Assembly: GCA_019639155.1 (NCBI GenBank)
Contig: JAHBSJ010000007.1
Coordinates: 173,429 to 237,428, forward strand
Source of the DNA: Acidobacteriota bacterium
GTDB lineage: Bacteria; Acidobacteriota; Blastocatellia; Pyrinomonadales; Pyrinomonadaceae
Length of the DNA stretch: 64,000 nt
Direction: 5' to 3'
Part shown: positions 1 to 9,501 of the stretch, one piece after another
Numbering within the stretch: position 1 is the stretch's first letter
How the letters are laid out: every line of letters starts with the position of its first letter
Made by a program: the position numbers and the translations under genes
Notes under the pieces: model-generated
The model's database searches: none
The model's input: the letters and a program-made list of their open reading frames with translations, nothing else
What the model was told of the DNA's origin: nothing

Positions 1-452
1 TCGGCGGGCACACCGAGGTTTCTTCCGCTGTCAACCATCACGGAATTTCGGCAACCGCCGCGTTCCCAAGCGTAGCCGACTCGAAGTGCATCGCGCGTGT
101 GCGACATCTGCCAGCATTCGTACGGCTCGCCGTAGAGCGTGCGGGCGACGGCGGCGATGGCCATTCGCGGAACGATCTCTTTGATAAAGACCACGCCACG
201 GCGAACCTCGTCATCGGTCTCGCGGCGGACGTAGAAACGCAGGTTCACCTCTTCGAAATTGATGTGAAACGGGACCAGAAAACCCGCCACACGAGTGTCG
301 AGAAACATGAATCCGACGAGGCTGACGAAGCATTTCCCGTCAAAAAGGTCGAGCTCCGTTCCTGCCGGAACGCGGTCCGCGAGCAGCGCCGGATCGACCT
401 CATAATTCGCCATAACAAGGTCGCGCCACTGTGCTGTTAGGAATTTTTTCAT
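1..452 (-). CDS. DUF2071-family protein, N-terminal part (gene continues past the window start)
   Basis: The reverse-strand frame is open from the window edge up to the ATG at 452-450. The translation is MKKFLTAQWRDLVMANYEVDPALLADRVPAGTELDLFDGKCFVSLVGFMFLDTRV..., which matches my memory of DUF2071 N-termini. Its ATG overlaps the TGA of the upstream gene (ATGA at 449-452). It is absent from the ORF track because it is truncated. Confidence 0.55.
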   Translation of the reverse strand, partial: MKKFLTAQWRDLVMANYEVDPALLADRVPAGTELDLFDGKCFVSLVGFMFLDTRVAGFLVPFHINFEEVNLRFYVRRETDDEVRRGVVFIKEIVPRMAIAAVARTLYGEPYECWQMSHTRDALRVGYAWERGGCRNSVMVDSGRNLGVPA

Positions 453-2560
453 TTATCGGGTTCGAATTCTTCGAGTTTGCGGTAAAGCGTTTTGCGGCCG
501 ATGCCGAGCAGTTTTGCGGCGTTCGTTTTGTCGCCGTCGGTCAGAGCGAGGGTTGCCTCGATGACCTGCCTTTCTATCTCTTCGATCGGCGCCGGCAGTT
601 CGATATCCATCAGCAATTTTCCGCCGTCGGCGCCGATCAGTCTTCGCCCGCGGCGTGCGGGGCTCGGCGTGAATCCCGCGGAACGCTGCACTGCGTCGGG
701 CAGGTCGTAAAGTTCAATCTGCCGCCCAGACGCAATGATGATCGCGCGTTCGATGGCGTTCTCCAGCTCGCGGACGTTGCCGGGCCAATCATAATTCAGC
801 AATGCGTCCATCGCATCCTTCGAAATGCCGGAGACGAAGCGGCCCGTCTTTTCCTTATACTGTTCTAAAAAATGCACGACCAGCAGATGAACGTCCTCGC
901 GGCGTTCGCTCAGCGGCGGCAGCGAGATCGGAAAAACAGAGAGCCTGTAAAAAAGATCTTTGCGAAACGTGCCTGCTTCGATGGCCTCTTCCAGGTCCAT
1001 GTTCGTCGCAGCGATGACGCGGACGTTGACCTTGATGACGTCCTTGCCGCCGAGCCGCGTAACTTCGCCGTCCTGCAGAACGCGCAGCAGGCGGACCTGT
1101 GCGTGCGGCGACATCTCTGCGATCTCGTCCAGGAACAGCGTACCGCCGTTCGCCTCTTCAAAACGTCCGATGCGGCGGTCGCGTGCGTCCGTGAATGCAC
1201 CTTTCTCGTGGCCGAAAAGCTCCGATTCCAGCAGCGTTTCGGGAATGGCACCGCAGTTGATCTTGATGAACGGAGCGCGTTCGCGGCCGGAATTGCGTTG
1301 GATCAGATTTGCTATCAGTTCTTTGCCGGTACCCGATTCGCCGGTGATCAGAACGGTCGAATCGGTTCCCGCAACATTGAGAGCCATCTCAATGGCACGC
1401 CGCATCTCAGGAGCCTGGCCGACTATCTCTGTCTGCTGACGCTGCGAAAGCTCGCTCCGGAGACGCATCACCTCGGTCGAAAGCTGGTCGCGGTCGAGCG
1501 CCGTGCCTATCTGGTCGGCGATGCCTTCGATCAATGCGATGTCATGTTCTTCGAACGCACTCCGTGTGCTCCACACGAAGCCAAGCAGCCCGAACGTCTT
1601 GCCCGCGACGTTGACGGGCGTAACGAGTGCCGCCTTGCCGCGCAGCTGTGTGTTGAAAAAGACGCGTATAGCAAAAGGAAGCTGCGAATCTACGAGCTGC
1701 AGCGTTTTGCCGTCGCGGATGAGTTCGCCGATGGCCGCGAATGTATCGACGTCGAGCGATTTGTTGTATTGCTCGATCATTCGCAGCATCTTGCCGAGTT
1801 TGATGCCTTCGGCCGCTTTGAATCCCGCCAGCGAAATTCTCTTGCCTGTCGGATCCAGCACGCCGAGCGCCCCATAATCCGCACCGACCAGGCTGATCGC
1901 ACGTTCGAGCACGCCGTCCGAGACCTCGCCGAAATCCGAGTGCGAATTGAGCATGTTCGCGATCTCGAGCAGAGCGTTCGTCCGGCGAGTCTCCTTGCCC
2001 TGTGCGACGTAAAGCGTCGTGTATTGGTAGCCGATGGCGAGCTGGCGTGCGATCGATTCGAGGAATTCGACCTCTTCGTCGAGCCACACACGCGCTTTCT
2101 TTGTGTCGTGCAGGCCGATCAGGCCGAGCACGCGGCCGCTTAGGTGGATCGGTATGATCAGAAGCGAACGCGTGTCGAGCGCACGTGCGAAAAACTTGAG
2201 CGTTTCGTCCTTGAATTTTGAGGTGTCGTTGATGCGTATCGGCTTTGATATGTCGAGCATCTCCGAAAGCCTTTCACGGTCGAACGGGATGGTCGTTCCC
2301 TGGCTTTTCGGAACGCTGCGGTCCCTTCGCCATTCGTGGCTGATGACGAGGTCGCTGCCTTCGCGCATCTGCAGGAGGTCGCATCGATCGGCGTCGAGCA
2401 TTCGGCCGAGCTCGGAAACTACGGCATTCAGGAAACGCTCAAGGTCGATGTCCGTCGGCAGGTCGCGTGCGAGGCGGTCGATGATGGCATCGCGCGCCTG
2501 CTGAATCGTGAGCCGCCGTTCGGGTGAGAGCTCAAGCTCGGTTGTGTCGGCGTGCTTCAT
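449..2560 (-). CDS. sigma-54-dependent transcriptional activator (bEBP) with GAF-GAF-AAA+-Fis HTH architecture and no receiver domain
   Basis: 703-aa ORF. It has Walker A GESGTGKE and Walker B TLFLDEI. The sigma-54 contact loop is present as GAFTDA (aa 454-459). The C-terminal HTH reads NAAKLLGIGRKTLYRKL. Two GAF-like regions lie at the N-terminus. Confidence 0.9.
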   Translation of the reverse strand: MKHADTTELELSPERRLTIQQARDAIIDRLARDLPTDIDLERFLNAVVSELGRMLDADRCDLLQMREGSDLVISHEWRRDRSVPKSQGTTIPFDRERLSEMLDISKPIRINDTSKFKDETLKFFARALDTRSLLIIPIHLSGRVLGLIGLHDTKKARVWLDEEVEFLESIARQLAIGYQYTTLYVAQGKETRRTNALLEIANMLNSHSDFGEVSDGVLERAISLVGADYGALGVLDPTGKRISLAGFKAAEGIKLGKMLRMIEQYNKSLDVDTFAAIGELIRDGKTLQLVDSQLPFAIRVFFNTQLRGKAALVTPVNVAGKTFGLLGFVWSTRSAFEEHDIALIEGIADQIGTALDRDQLSTEVMRLRSELSQRQQTEIVGQAPEMRRAIEMALNVAGTDSTVLITGESGTGKELIANLIQRNSGRERAPFIKINCGAIPETLLESELFGHEKGAFTDARDRRIGRFEEANGGTLFLDEIAEMSPHAQVRLLRVLQDGEVTRLGGKDVIKVNVRVIAATNMDLEEAIEAGTFRKDLFYRLSVFPISLPPLSERREDVHLLVVHFLEQYKEKTGRFVSGISKDAMDALLNYDWPGNVRELENAIERAIIIASGRQIELYDLPDAVQRSAGFTPSPARRGRRLIGADGGKLLMDIELPAPIEEIERQVIEATLALTDGDKTNAAKLLGIGRKTLYRKLEEFEPDK

Positions 2561-2572
2561 TTCCGACTAAAA

Positions 2573-2619
2573 TGTGTAATTTTGACACCAAAATGTCAAG
2601 TTGACACACTTTGACCACA
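2573..2619. promoter_or_regulatory. Palindrome and direct-repeat cluster immediately upstream of the bEBP gene
   Basis: There is a perfect 13-bp palindrome TGTCAAgTTGACA at 2594-2606. Three TTGAC(A/C)C(A/C) direct repeats start at 2582, 2601 and 2611. Read on the minus strand, the palindrome contains a TTGACA -35-like hexamer. Confidence 0.3.
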
Positions 2620-2650
2620 AACGGAGAGCAAATGCTGTTTTCTCGGTTGA

Positions 2651-3544
2651 TCAGTTGCTACGATTGGCGGGACGCGCAGGCGACCGGTTCGGCGTCGGCT
2701 GGCTCGCGGGCCTGTTTGCCGGTGGCTGCGTCTTTGCAGCATTCGCCGCGGGCGGTTTCGGAGCTGTGTTGGCTCCGCCGCCGTCAGTTCCGGCAGAGTT
2801 TGCCGCGGTATTCGAAGCAGTGTTGGATGCGGTGTTCGTGTTTCCTTTCGGCGAGACGTATTCAACGCGGCGGCGGCCTGCCTCTGCCTCTTCAAGCAGT
2901 TCCTCGGCACGGACATTCTCGGCGTCAAGTTCGATCGCCTTTTTCAGCGGTGCGATCGCCTCGGCGTAGTTGGCGAGTTTGATGCGTATGGCCCCGAGCT
3001 CCATTTGATATTCAGGGTCGTCAGGTTTGATCGCGACCGCCTTCTTGAACGCGTCCTCGGCTTCCTCGTCTTTCATAAGCTTGGCGTACGCTCGGCCCAA
3101 ATTGTAGAAAGCGACGTCGTCTTTCGGGTTATCCTTGACCCATTTCTTATATGCCTCGATGGCCTTTTCAAAGGCGCGTTCCGAGCTCGACTTTCGCGGT
3201 TTGCCGTCCTCGCCGGTCGCGGGCTCCAGTTCGATGCCCGCCTGGACCGCCTGAAGCTGCTGCAGGCCGTACGCGATGCCGAGCTTGAAATAAGCCTCGC
3301 CGAGGTCGGGGTTCAATTCGACGGCGCGTTCGAGATATAGAATGGCGGCCTCGATGTCGCTTTCTTCGAGCAGACGAGAGCCTTCGGTCAGGGCTTCATT
3401 GGCGTCCGCTATCTTTGCAGCGGGATTATCGGCGGCCGGGGCGACGTCGCTATTAGAATTTGCGGCGGGCGATGACCACCATGAACAGCCTGTCATTCCG
3501 ACTGCCAGACACAAAACGAGCAACAAAAAACGAACGTACGCCAT
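2651..3544 (-). CDS. TPR-repeat lipoprotein with a low-complexity Asn/Thr/Ala/Pro-rich C-terminal tail
   Basis: I chose the internal ATG at 3544 because it gives the signal peptide plus lipobox MAYVRFLLLVLCLAVGMTGC. The longer track ORF (to 3676) would overlap the HIT gene. TPR-like repeats are present (AILYLERAVELNPDLGEAYFKLGIAY, AFYNLGRAYAKL...). Confidence 0.75.
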   Translation of the reverse strand: MAYVRFLLLVLCLAVGMTGCSWWSSPAANSNSDVAPAADNPAAKIADANEALTEGSRLLEESDIEAAILYLERAVELNPDLGEAYFKLGIAYGLQQLQAVQAGIELEPATGEDGKPRKSSSERAFEKAIEAYKKWVKDNPKDDVAFYNLGRAYAKLMKDEEAEDAFKKAVAIKPDDPEYQMELGAIRIKLANYAEAIAPLKKAIELDAENVRAEELLEEAEAGRRRVEYVSPKGNTNTASNTASNTAANSAGTDGGGANTAPKPPAANAAKTQPPANRPASQPTPNRSPARPANRSN

Positions 3545-3560
3545 ACAGAAATATCCTACA

Positions 3561-3905
3561 TTATCCGGGCGGGAAGACGAAGGTTCTGCCGGCCAGCAGA
3601 TGCACGTGAAGGTGAAAAACGGTCTGTCCGCCGTCGGCGTTCGTATTGATGACGACGCGGTAGCCGTTCTCAGCAAAGCCGTTCTTGCGTGCGATGTCGG
3701 CTGCTGCGGTGAGCAGATGGCCCATCAGTGCGGCGTCGCCAGCGGCCGTCTTGTCGAGCGAATCGATGTGGACACGCGGGATGATCAGGATGTGAATAGG
3801 AGCCTGCGGGCTGATGTCGTTAAAGGCGACGCATGCGTCGTCCTCATGAACGAGCGTAGCCGGTATCTCGCCCGAAGCTATCTTGCAGAAAAGACAATCG
3901 CTCAT
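3561..3905 (-). CDS. HIT-family (histidine triad) nucleotide hydrolase
   Basis: 114 aa with the histidine triad motif HLHVHLL and an N-terminus CLFCKI typical of HinT-like proteins. Confidence 0.9.
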   Translation of the reverse strand: MSDCLFCKIASGEIPATLVHEDDACVAFNDISPQAPIHILIIPRVHIDSLDKTAAGDAALMGHLLTAAADIARKNGFAENGYRVVINTNADGGQTVFHLHVHLLAGRTFVFPPG

Positions 3906-3908
3906 AGC

Positions 3909-5216
3909 CTAATTTGCGCCGGCGGCCTCATCGGCGGTCTCGGCGATACCGCTGGAAATACGCTCGATGTCGCCGCCCAGCGAACGCAGCTTTCGGACTA
4001 TGCGCTCGTAGCCGCGGTCGATGTGGTAAACGCGGTCGATCAGCGTCTCGCCTTCGGCACACAATGCAGCCAGTACAAGCGATGCCGAAGCTCGAAGGTC
4101 CGACGCCAGAATGGGTGCGCCCATCAGTTTACGCGGGCCGATCACTTCTGCGGTGTTGCCCGCGACATGTATCTCGGCTCCCATGCGGACGAGCTCCGAA
4201 GCGTGCATAAAACGATTCTCAAATATCGTTTCCGTGATGTGCGACGTGCCCTCGGCCTGCGTCATCAACGCCATATACTGTGCCTGCATGTCGGTCGGGA
4301 AAAGCGGATGCGGCTCGGTAATGACGTCGCTCGCACGCAGCCCGGCCGGCGAGCGGCGGACGAGCAGCGTGCTTTGGTTCAGCTCCTCGATCTCGACGCC
4401 GGCTTCGCGGAGTTTGTCGATGACCGCGGTCAAATGCTCGGGGCGGCAGCTTTTTATCTCAAGTTCGCCGTCGGTGATAGCGGCGGCGACGATGAATGTG
4501 CCTGTTTCGATGCGGTCGGGAATGATCGTATGTTCGGCACCGCCGAGTCCCTCGACGCCGTCGATCTCCATCACGGGCGTGCCGGCACCGCGGATGCGTG
4601 CGCCCATTTTGTTCAGCAATTCTGCGAGGTCCTCGATCTCGGGCTCCATCGCAGCGTTGCGGATAACGGTGCGGCCTTCGGCTAAGACAGCGGCCATCAT
4701 TACGTTCTCGGTTCCCGTAACGGTGACCTTTTCAAACTCAAGTTCGGCTCCTTTCAGGCGTCCCTTCGGAGCGCGTGCTACGACGTCGCCGCTTTCGAGC
4801 GAAACGACCGCACTGAGCTGTTCAAAAGCCCGCAGATGCAGGTCGATCGGGCGCGTTCCGATGGCGCAGCCGCCGGGCAAACTCACTTTCGCCTGTCCAA
4901 AACGCGACAACAGCGGACCGAGAGCCAACACGCTCGCACGCATCGTTTTCACGAGATGATACGGAGCTTCGAAGATATCGACGTTGCGTGCGGTGACCTT
5001 GTGCGTTCGGAGTTCCGGCGTCAGCACGGTCGCGCCGAGGTCCTCGAGCAGACGCCGCTGCGTGATCAGGTCCTTTACATACGGGACGTTGTGCAGAGTG
5101 ACGGTCTCCGGCGTCAGCAGCGTCGCGGCAAGGCACGGCAGGGCGGAATTTTTCGCTCCGCCGATCTCGATCTTTCCCCTTAGCGGCTTGCCGCCGCGCA
5201 CCAAAAACTTGTCCAT
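3909..5216 (-). CDS. murA: UDP-N-acetylglucosamine 1-carboxyvinyltransferase
   Basis: 435 aa with full-length resemblance to MurA, including the active-site loop LPGGCAIGTRPIDLH. Confidence 0.95.
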   Translation of the reverse strand: MDKFLVRGGKPLRGKIEIGGAKNSALPCLAATLLTPETVTLHNVPYVKDLITQRRLLEDLGATVLTPELRTHKVTARNVDIFEAPYHLVKTMRASVLALGPLLSRFGQAKVSLPGGCAIGTRPIDLHLRAFEQLSAVVSLESGDVVARAPKGRLKGAELEFEKVTVTGTENVMMAAVLAEGRTVIRNAAMEPEIEDLAELLNKMGARIRGAGTPVMEIDGVEGLGGAEHTIIPDRIETGTFIVAAAITDGELEIKSCRPEHLTAVIDKLREAGVEIEELNQSTLLVRRSPAGLRASDVITEPHPLFPTDMQAQYMALMTQAEGTSHITETIFENRFMHASELVRMGAEIHVAGNTAEVIGPRKLMGAPILASDLRASASLVLAALCAEGETLIDRVYHIDRGYERIVRKLRSLGGDIERISSGIAETADEAAGAN

Positions 5217-5381
5217 CTATGCCTCTTTCGCGACTCGGCCCGCAAGTTAACAAAACTTTATGTTACCGAAAACGGAATGTTATCATACCGAGCAACGGCG
5301 AGGTAAGCAAAACGCGGAGCATTTGTTATCCGTGCGTCTGTTTACTCCGACCGGCTGCATTGATCTCTGCAGAGTATTGGT

Positions 5382-5978
5382 TTGACGGCTTTGAGTACAA
5401 ATGAATTCGAAAGTTCACGCTTTTCGCGTGCGGACGCCGACCTCGTCGCTCGCTGCCGCCGCGGCGATCAGTCGGCGTGGGACGAGATCGTGGACAAATA
5501 TCAGCGTCTGATCTTCGCCGTTCCGATGCGTTCCGGGCTTGCCGAGGAACAGGCGGCGGACGTGTTTCAGGAGGTGTTTCTGACGTTGTTCAACAAGATC
5601 GACGAGATCGAACAGCCCGAACTGCTGCGCTCTTGGATCGTCACAACGGCAAAATTCAAAACTTGGGGAATCATCCGCGGACAGAAAGGAAAATATTCGC
5701 CGGCCGGTGAGGAAGAGATGGAAAATGAGATGGCAAACCTCAAGGACGCCGCCCCGCTTCAGGACGAGATGCTGATCGAACTCGAACAGCAGCATCTGAT
5801 CCGCCGTGCGCTTGCCGAACTCGAGGAAAAGTGCCGAAAGATCCTCTCTTTGCTTTACCTTCGAGAACCTGCGGCCAGTTACGCTGAGGTCGGCGAGGCG
5901 ATAGGCGTTGGCGAAACCAGCATCAGCCCGCTGCGTTCGAGGTGCCTGAAGAAATTGGAAAAGATATTGCGAATGTAA
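5382..5978 (+). CDS. ECF-type RNA polymerase sigma-70 family factor
   Basis: 198 aa. Region 2 reads DEIVDKYQRLIFAVPMR...QEVFLTLF and region 4 reads ILSLLYLREPAASYAEVGEAIGVGETSISPLRSRCLKKL. The start codon is TTG at 5382, and the exact start is uncertain (an alternative TTG lies at 5391). Confidence 0.9.
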   Translation: MTALSTNEFESSRFSRADADLVARCRRGDQSAWDEIVDKYQRLIFAVPMRSGLAEEQAADVFQEVFLTLFNKIDEIEQPELLRSWIVTTAKFKTWGIIRGQKGKYSPAGEEEMENEMANLKDAAPLQDEMLIELEQQHLIRRALAELEEKCRKILSLLYLREPAASYAEVGEAIGVGETSISPLRSRCLKKLEKILRM

Positions 5979-6048
5979 TGTGTCTTTTTGCCGCGTTTGC
6001 CGGCACTGTGTCAGCGAGAAGGGCAAATGGCCCGAAGGATAAGTTGGA

Positions 6049-6540
6049 ATGAGCAGCCTGTTGGAAAAAAGATTGGATAAGATCGTCAGCCTGATGCGGA
6101 GCGACCGTTCGGCGGATGCGCCGGCAGACGCAATCAAATACGCAAAAATGCTGATGAGGTCGCGAATTCCGGCAGCCGAGCCCGGCATCGTGGAGCGCAT
6201 CGTCGCCGTGCTGAAGATGAACCTTGAGCCGGGCAAACCGGCATTCGGCGAGCGTTCCGCATCAGCGGCATCGGCACGGCAGATGCTCTTCGACGCAGGC
6301 AGCTATGCTGTGGACATCCGTATCACAAAGACCGGACGCAGTTATGAGCTCCGCGGACAGATCGTCGGCGGCGAAGCGACGTCCGCTGAAATTAGGCTCT
6401 CCAAAGGAAACAAGACACTCCAGACAAGAACTGACGAGTTCGGAGGCTTCAGATTTGAAAAGCTTTCGGCCGGCGAATGCGATATCGCGATCGTCCTGGA
6501 CGGCAAGGAACTCGTCATCCCGCAAATAGTGGTCGAATAG
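6049..6540 (+). CDS. Hypothetical soluble protein with a helical N-terminus and a beta-sandwich-like C-terminus; candidate ECF partner
   Basis: 163 aa with an ATG preceded by AAGGA. There is no TM segment and no zf-HC2 Cys/His motif. The C-terminal part (YELRGQIVGG...FGGFRFEKLSAGECDIAIVL) looks like a carboxypeptidase-regulatory-like fold. It sits between the ECF sigma gene and the CHAT gene. Confidence 0.5.
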   Translation: MSSLLEKRLDKIVSLMRSDRSADAPADAIKYAKMLMRSRIPAAEPGIVERIVAVLKMNLEPGKPAFGERSASAASARQMLFDAGSYAVDIRITKTGRSYELRGQIVGGEATSAEIRLSKGNKTLQTRTDEFGGFRFEKLSAGECDIAIVLDGKELVIPQIVVE

Positions 6541-6624
6541 CTCGGCTGCCCCGCAATAACCCTCGATATTCCGGGCGGTGTCCGCTTAAAACATCGCCCC
6601 TTCAATAGCGTATTATCATTCCTG

Positions 6625-9408
6625 ATGCGCAGATCGCAGTTGGCTGAAAGTTTGGCGGCGTCTCCTACGGCGAAGGACCGCACCCTGCTGCTCAGGCAAA
6701 ACAGCCGGATCGCCGACGCACGCTTGGCCGACGGGATCCGCAGGCTTTGTTACAAAGCGTGGGCAAGCGATACGAAAAAGGTAAGGCCGCTCGCCCGTGC
6801 GGCCGCATCACTTGCCGGATTCAATGACGATCAAAGCATCTCTGCGACGGCGAGATGGACCGCGGGCATCGCGGCGATAACCGCCGGCAGATTCGAAAAG
6901 GCGGACGAGGACCTAAAACAAGCCGCGGAGCTTTTTTCCGCGAATTCGTCTGCAGCCGAATCCGCCGCGGTGAATGTCGCACGCCTCATCTGCCTGGCGA
7001 TGCTGGGCCGCTACGATGAGGCGATCGAGATCGGAAAGAGGACCAACAAGGTATTTGGAGCACTGGGTGACCACCTTGCGAAAGGCAAGGTAGAGATGAA
7101 TCTCAGCAATATCTTTGCGCGTCGAGGCTCGTTCGACGAGGCACTTCGTTACGGCAAGGCCGCAAGGCTGAGTTTCCGGAAGGCGAATGAGCCGCGATGG
7201 ACAGTAATGGCCGAGAACAGCCTTGCCAACACCCTTGCGGACACCGGCCGCTACGGCGAGGCCGAGCGGATGTATGAGTCAGCTTTGGCAAATGCCGTTG
7301 CCGATAAGATGGACGTTACCGCGGCCGAGATCGAAGCGAGCATAGGGCATCTTGCGGTCATACGCAGCCGTTTTGCCCGCGCATTGAATTTTCTGGAGCG
7401 TTCCCGCGGCCGCTATGACGAACTGAAAATGCCGCATCAGTCGGCCATCGCGGACCTTGAGATCGCCGATATTTACGCGGAACTGGGCCTGGGCGGCCGG
7501 GCCGTCGAGCTTTACCGACGATCCGCCGCCGCGTTTCGCAGGTTCAGGCTGCGCGCCGAAGAGGCTCGTGCCAGGCTGGCGTTGGGACGTGCGCTTTCGG
7601 CTTTGCAGGCACGAGGAGCTGAAACGGAACTCGCAGCCGCTGCCGGGCTTTTCGCAAAAGAAAAGAATAATGTCGGTGTTGCCGCCGCGTATGCAGCGTT
7701 GGCCGAAGACGCCATTCGCCGCGGACTGCCTGAGCATGCGATCGAACTTTTAGGGAAATTTCAGCGGGCCGAAAGTGCCGACCCGAGGACAATAGCTGCC
7801 GCGGCACTCACCGAGGGCCGTGCACTGCTGCGGCTCGGCCGTCGCAAAGGTGCGGTCAAGGCTGTTGAAACGGCGTTGTCCGCCGCTCGCGAGCATTCGC
7901 TGGATGACCTCATTCGCGCGTCCTATGAGGCTCTCGGCGAAATTTACGAGCCTGTCGAAGTTGAAAAGGCCATCTCGTATCGGTATTCGGCAATTGAAGC
8001 CGCCGAACGTGCGGGAGCGTCGGTCGCCGGGGCTGATCTGGGCCTTGCTGTCGCCGCAAAGAACGCCGAGTGTTACGATTCGCTGGCAAAGCTGCTGCTG
8101 AAGCAGGGCAATTATGAAGAGGCGTTCAGTGTTGTCGAAAGAGGCCGCAGCAGGGATCTGTTGAACGCGATGAATACGGCCGCCGCGGGCCGACGCAATT
8201 CGAAATTGAACGACGCCGCGAACGAAATGCGGCACGATCTGAATCTGATCTATTCACGGCTGGCGTCCGAGGCGGGCGAAGAGGCGGAACGGCTTTCCGC
8301 CGCCGCGAAGCGCAAGGAGAAGGCACTTGCGGACCTTGAGCGGCGATCGAGCAGCCTGAATATTCAGGAAAAACGTGTTCGCCGCGTGCATGCCGGCATC
8401 TCGGCAAATGACACCGTCAACGCAATTTCCGGCGGGCGGACACTGATCGAGTATGTCGTTTTGGACGGCGTGATCTCTGCGTTTTCGGTTTCACACGGCA
8501 AATTGCGATATTTTGGGGGACTTGCGTCGGCAGTTGAGGCGGCGGCGTTGATGGACGAACTGCGGTTCGGTTTCGGTGCGATGCGCTATGGCGGCGAGTT
8601 TGCGGCGCGGTTCGCCGAGAGTATTCGGCAGCGTTCCGACGGCTGTTTGGCAAAACTGTATGATCTGCTGATACGGCCGCTCGAGGGCGTGCTGAGCAAA
8701 GAACTGCTGATCGTGCCTGCGGGCGTGCTGCATTATGTGCCGTTCAACGCGTTGTTCGACGGCTCATCATATCTCATCGAAAAACACACCGTGACCCTTG
8801 CGCCGAGTGCGTCGGTCCGGCATCGGCTAAAGGGCAGACGGCCCGCCGCGAACGGCGAGATGCTGATCATGGGTTATGCGGACGAGAAGATCCCGCACGT
8901 GGACGCCGAGATCGCGGCAATTGCGGCAACGGTCAAAGGTGCCTTGAGATTCAGCGGAAAGCGGGCCGCCTATGACGCATTCATGAGCAACGCCGCGGGC
9001 CGCGAATACATACATCTGGCGTGTCACGCCGATTTTCGCAGCGACGATCCGATCTATTCGGGCCTGCATCTGGCGGATGGCTGGGTGACGGTCCGCGACC
9101 TCGTATCGGAAAAGATATCGGCACGGCTCGTTGTCCTGAGCGCGTGCGAAACGGGCATGAGCGATGTGCGTGCCGGCGATGAGGTGGTCGGGCTGACACG
9201 AGGGTTTTTGGCGGCCGGTGCCTGCGGGCTCGCGGTCAGCCTGTGGGCCGTGAACGACCGCTCGACCGCCGAGCTGATGAAATATCTCTACGCGGAATTG
9301 CAACGCGGTTCCGCAGCGGCCGAATCATTAAGGCAGGCGCAGATAAAAATGATCGGACGCGGGCATTCGCCATATCATTGGGGAGCCTTTGTCTATTTGG
9401 GAAAATAA
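6625..9408 (+). CDS. TPR-repeat plus CHAT-domain (caspase-like, clan CD) protease
   Basis: 927 aa. The N-terminal ~480 aa are Ala/Leu-rich TPR-like repeats, followed by a coiled-coil segment. The C-terminal CHAT domain has a His-Cys dyad in canonical context: YIHLACHADF (His801, nt 9025-9027) and LVVLSACETG (Cys841, nt 9145-9147). Confidence 0.85.
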   Translation: MRRSQLAESLAASPTAKDRTLLLRQNSRIADARLADGIRRLCYKAWASDTKKVRPLARAAASLAGFNDDQSISATARWTAGIAAITAGRFEKADEDLKQAAELFSANSSAAESAAVNVARLICLAMLGRYDEAIEIGKRTNKVFGALGDHLAKGKVEMNLSNIFARRGSFDEALRYGKAARLSFRKANEPRWTVMAENSLANTLADTGRYGEAERMYESALANAVADKMDVTAAEIEASIGHLAVIRSRFARALNFLERSRGRYDELKMPHQSAIADLEIADIYAELGLGGRAVELYRRSAAAFRRFRLRAEEARARLALGRALSALQARGAETELAAAAGLFAKEKNNVGVAAAYAALAEDAIRRGLPEHAIELLGKFQRAESADPRTIAAAALTEGRALLRLGRRKGAVKAVETALSAAREHSLDDLIRASYEALGEIYEPVEVEKAISYRYSAIEAAERAGASVAGADLGLAVAAKNAECYDSLAKLLLKQGNYEEAFSVVERGRSRDLLNAMNTAAAGRRNSKLNDAANEMRHDLNLIYSRLASEAGEEAERLSAAAKRKEKALADLERRSSSLNIQEKRVRRVHAGISANDTVNAISGGRTLIEYVVLDGVISAFSVSHGKLRYFGGLASAVEAAALMDELRFGFGAMRYGGEFAARFAESIRQRSDGCLAKLYDLLIRPLEGVLSKELLIVPAGVLHYVPFNALFDGSSYLIEKHTVTLAPSASVRHRLKGRRPAANGEMLIMGYADEKIPHVDAEIAAIAATVKGALRFSGKRAAYDAFMSNAAGREYIHLACHADFRSDDPIYSGLHLADGWVTVRDLVSEKISARLVVLSACETGMSDVRAGDEVVGLTRGFLAAGACGLAVSLWAVNDRSTAELMKYLYAELQRGSAAAESLRQAQIKMIGRGHSPYHWGAFVYLGK

Positions 9409-9501
9409 TTTTTACGCACAGTGTCTTTTCTTTGCAGTAAGATGCACTGTATGGGAAACGCCCGTCCGCAGACACGCCATTCAGGCGGCCCGGCGGGCGA
9501 A

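Noticed and set aside
872-2143. 423-aa plus-strand ORF (and several others at 431-2504) overlapping the sigma-54 activator gene
   Set aside because: These are antisense shadow ORFs in GC-rich DNA. They are Arg/Ala-rich with no recognisable motifs, whereas the minus-strand frame encodes a complete, motif-rich bEBP.
3342-4685. 447-aa plus-strand ORF across the HIT and murA region
   Set aside because: It is antisense to two well-supported genes, is low-complexity, and spans their intergenic gap without any start context.
5217-5381. An ECF-type promoter (GGAAC-N16-17-CGTC) upstream of the ECF sigma gene, and sigma-54 promoters (TGGCAC-N5-TTGC) anywhere intergenic
   Set aside because: I found only partial matches with wrong spacing (for example GGAATG..CGGC, and cgtgCGTCtg with no suitable -35). 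There was no intergenic TGGCAC-N5-TTGC by eye. This needs a proper matrix scan.
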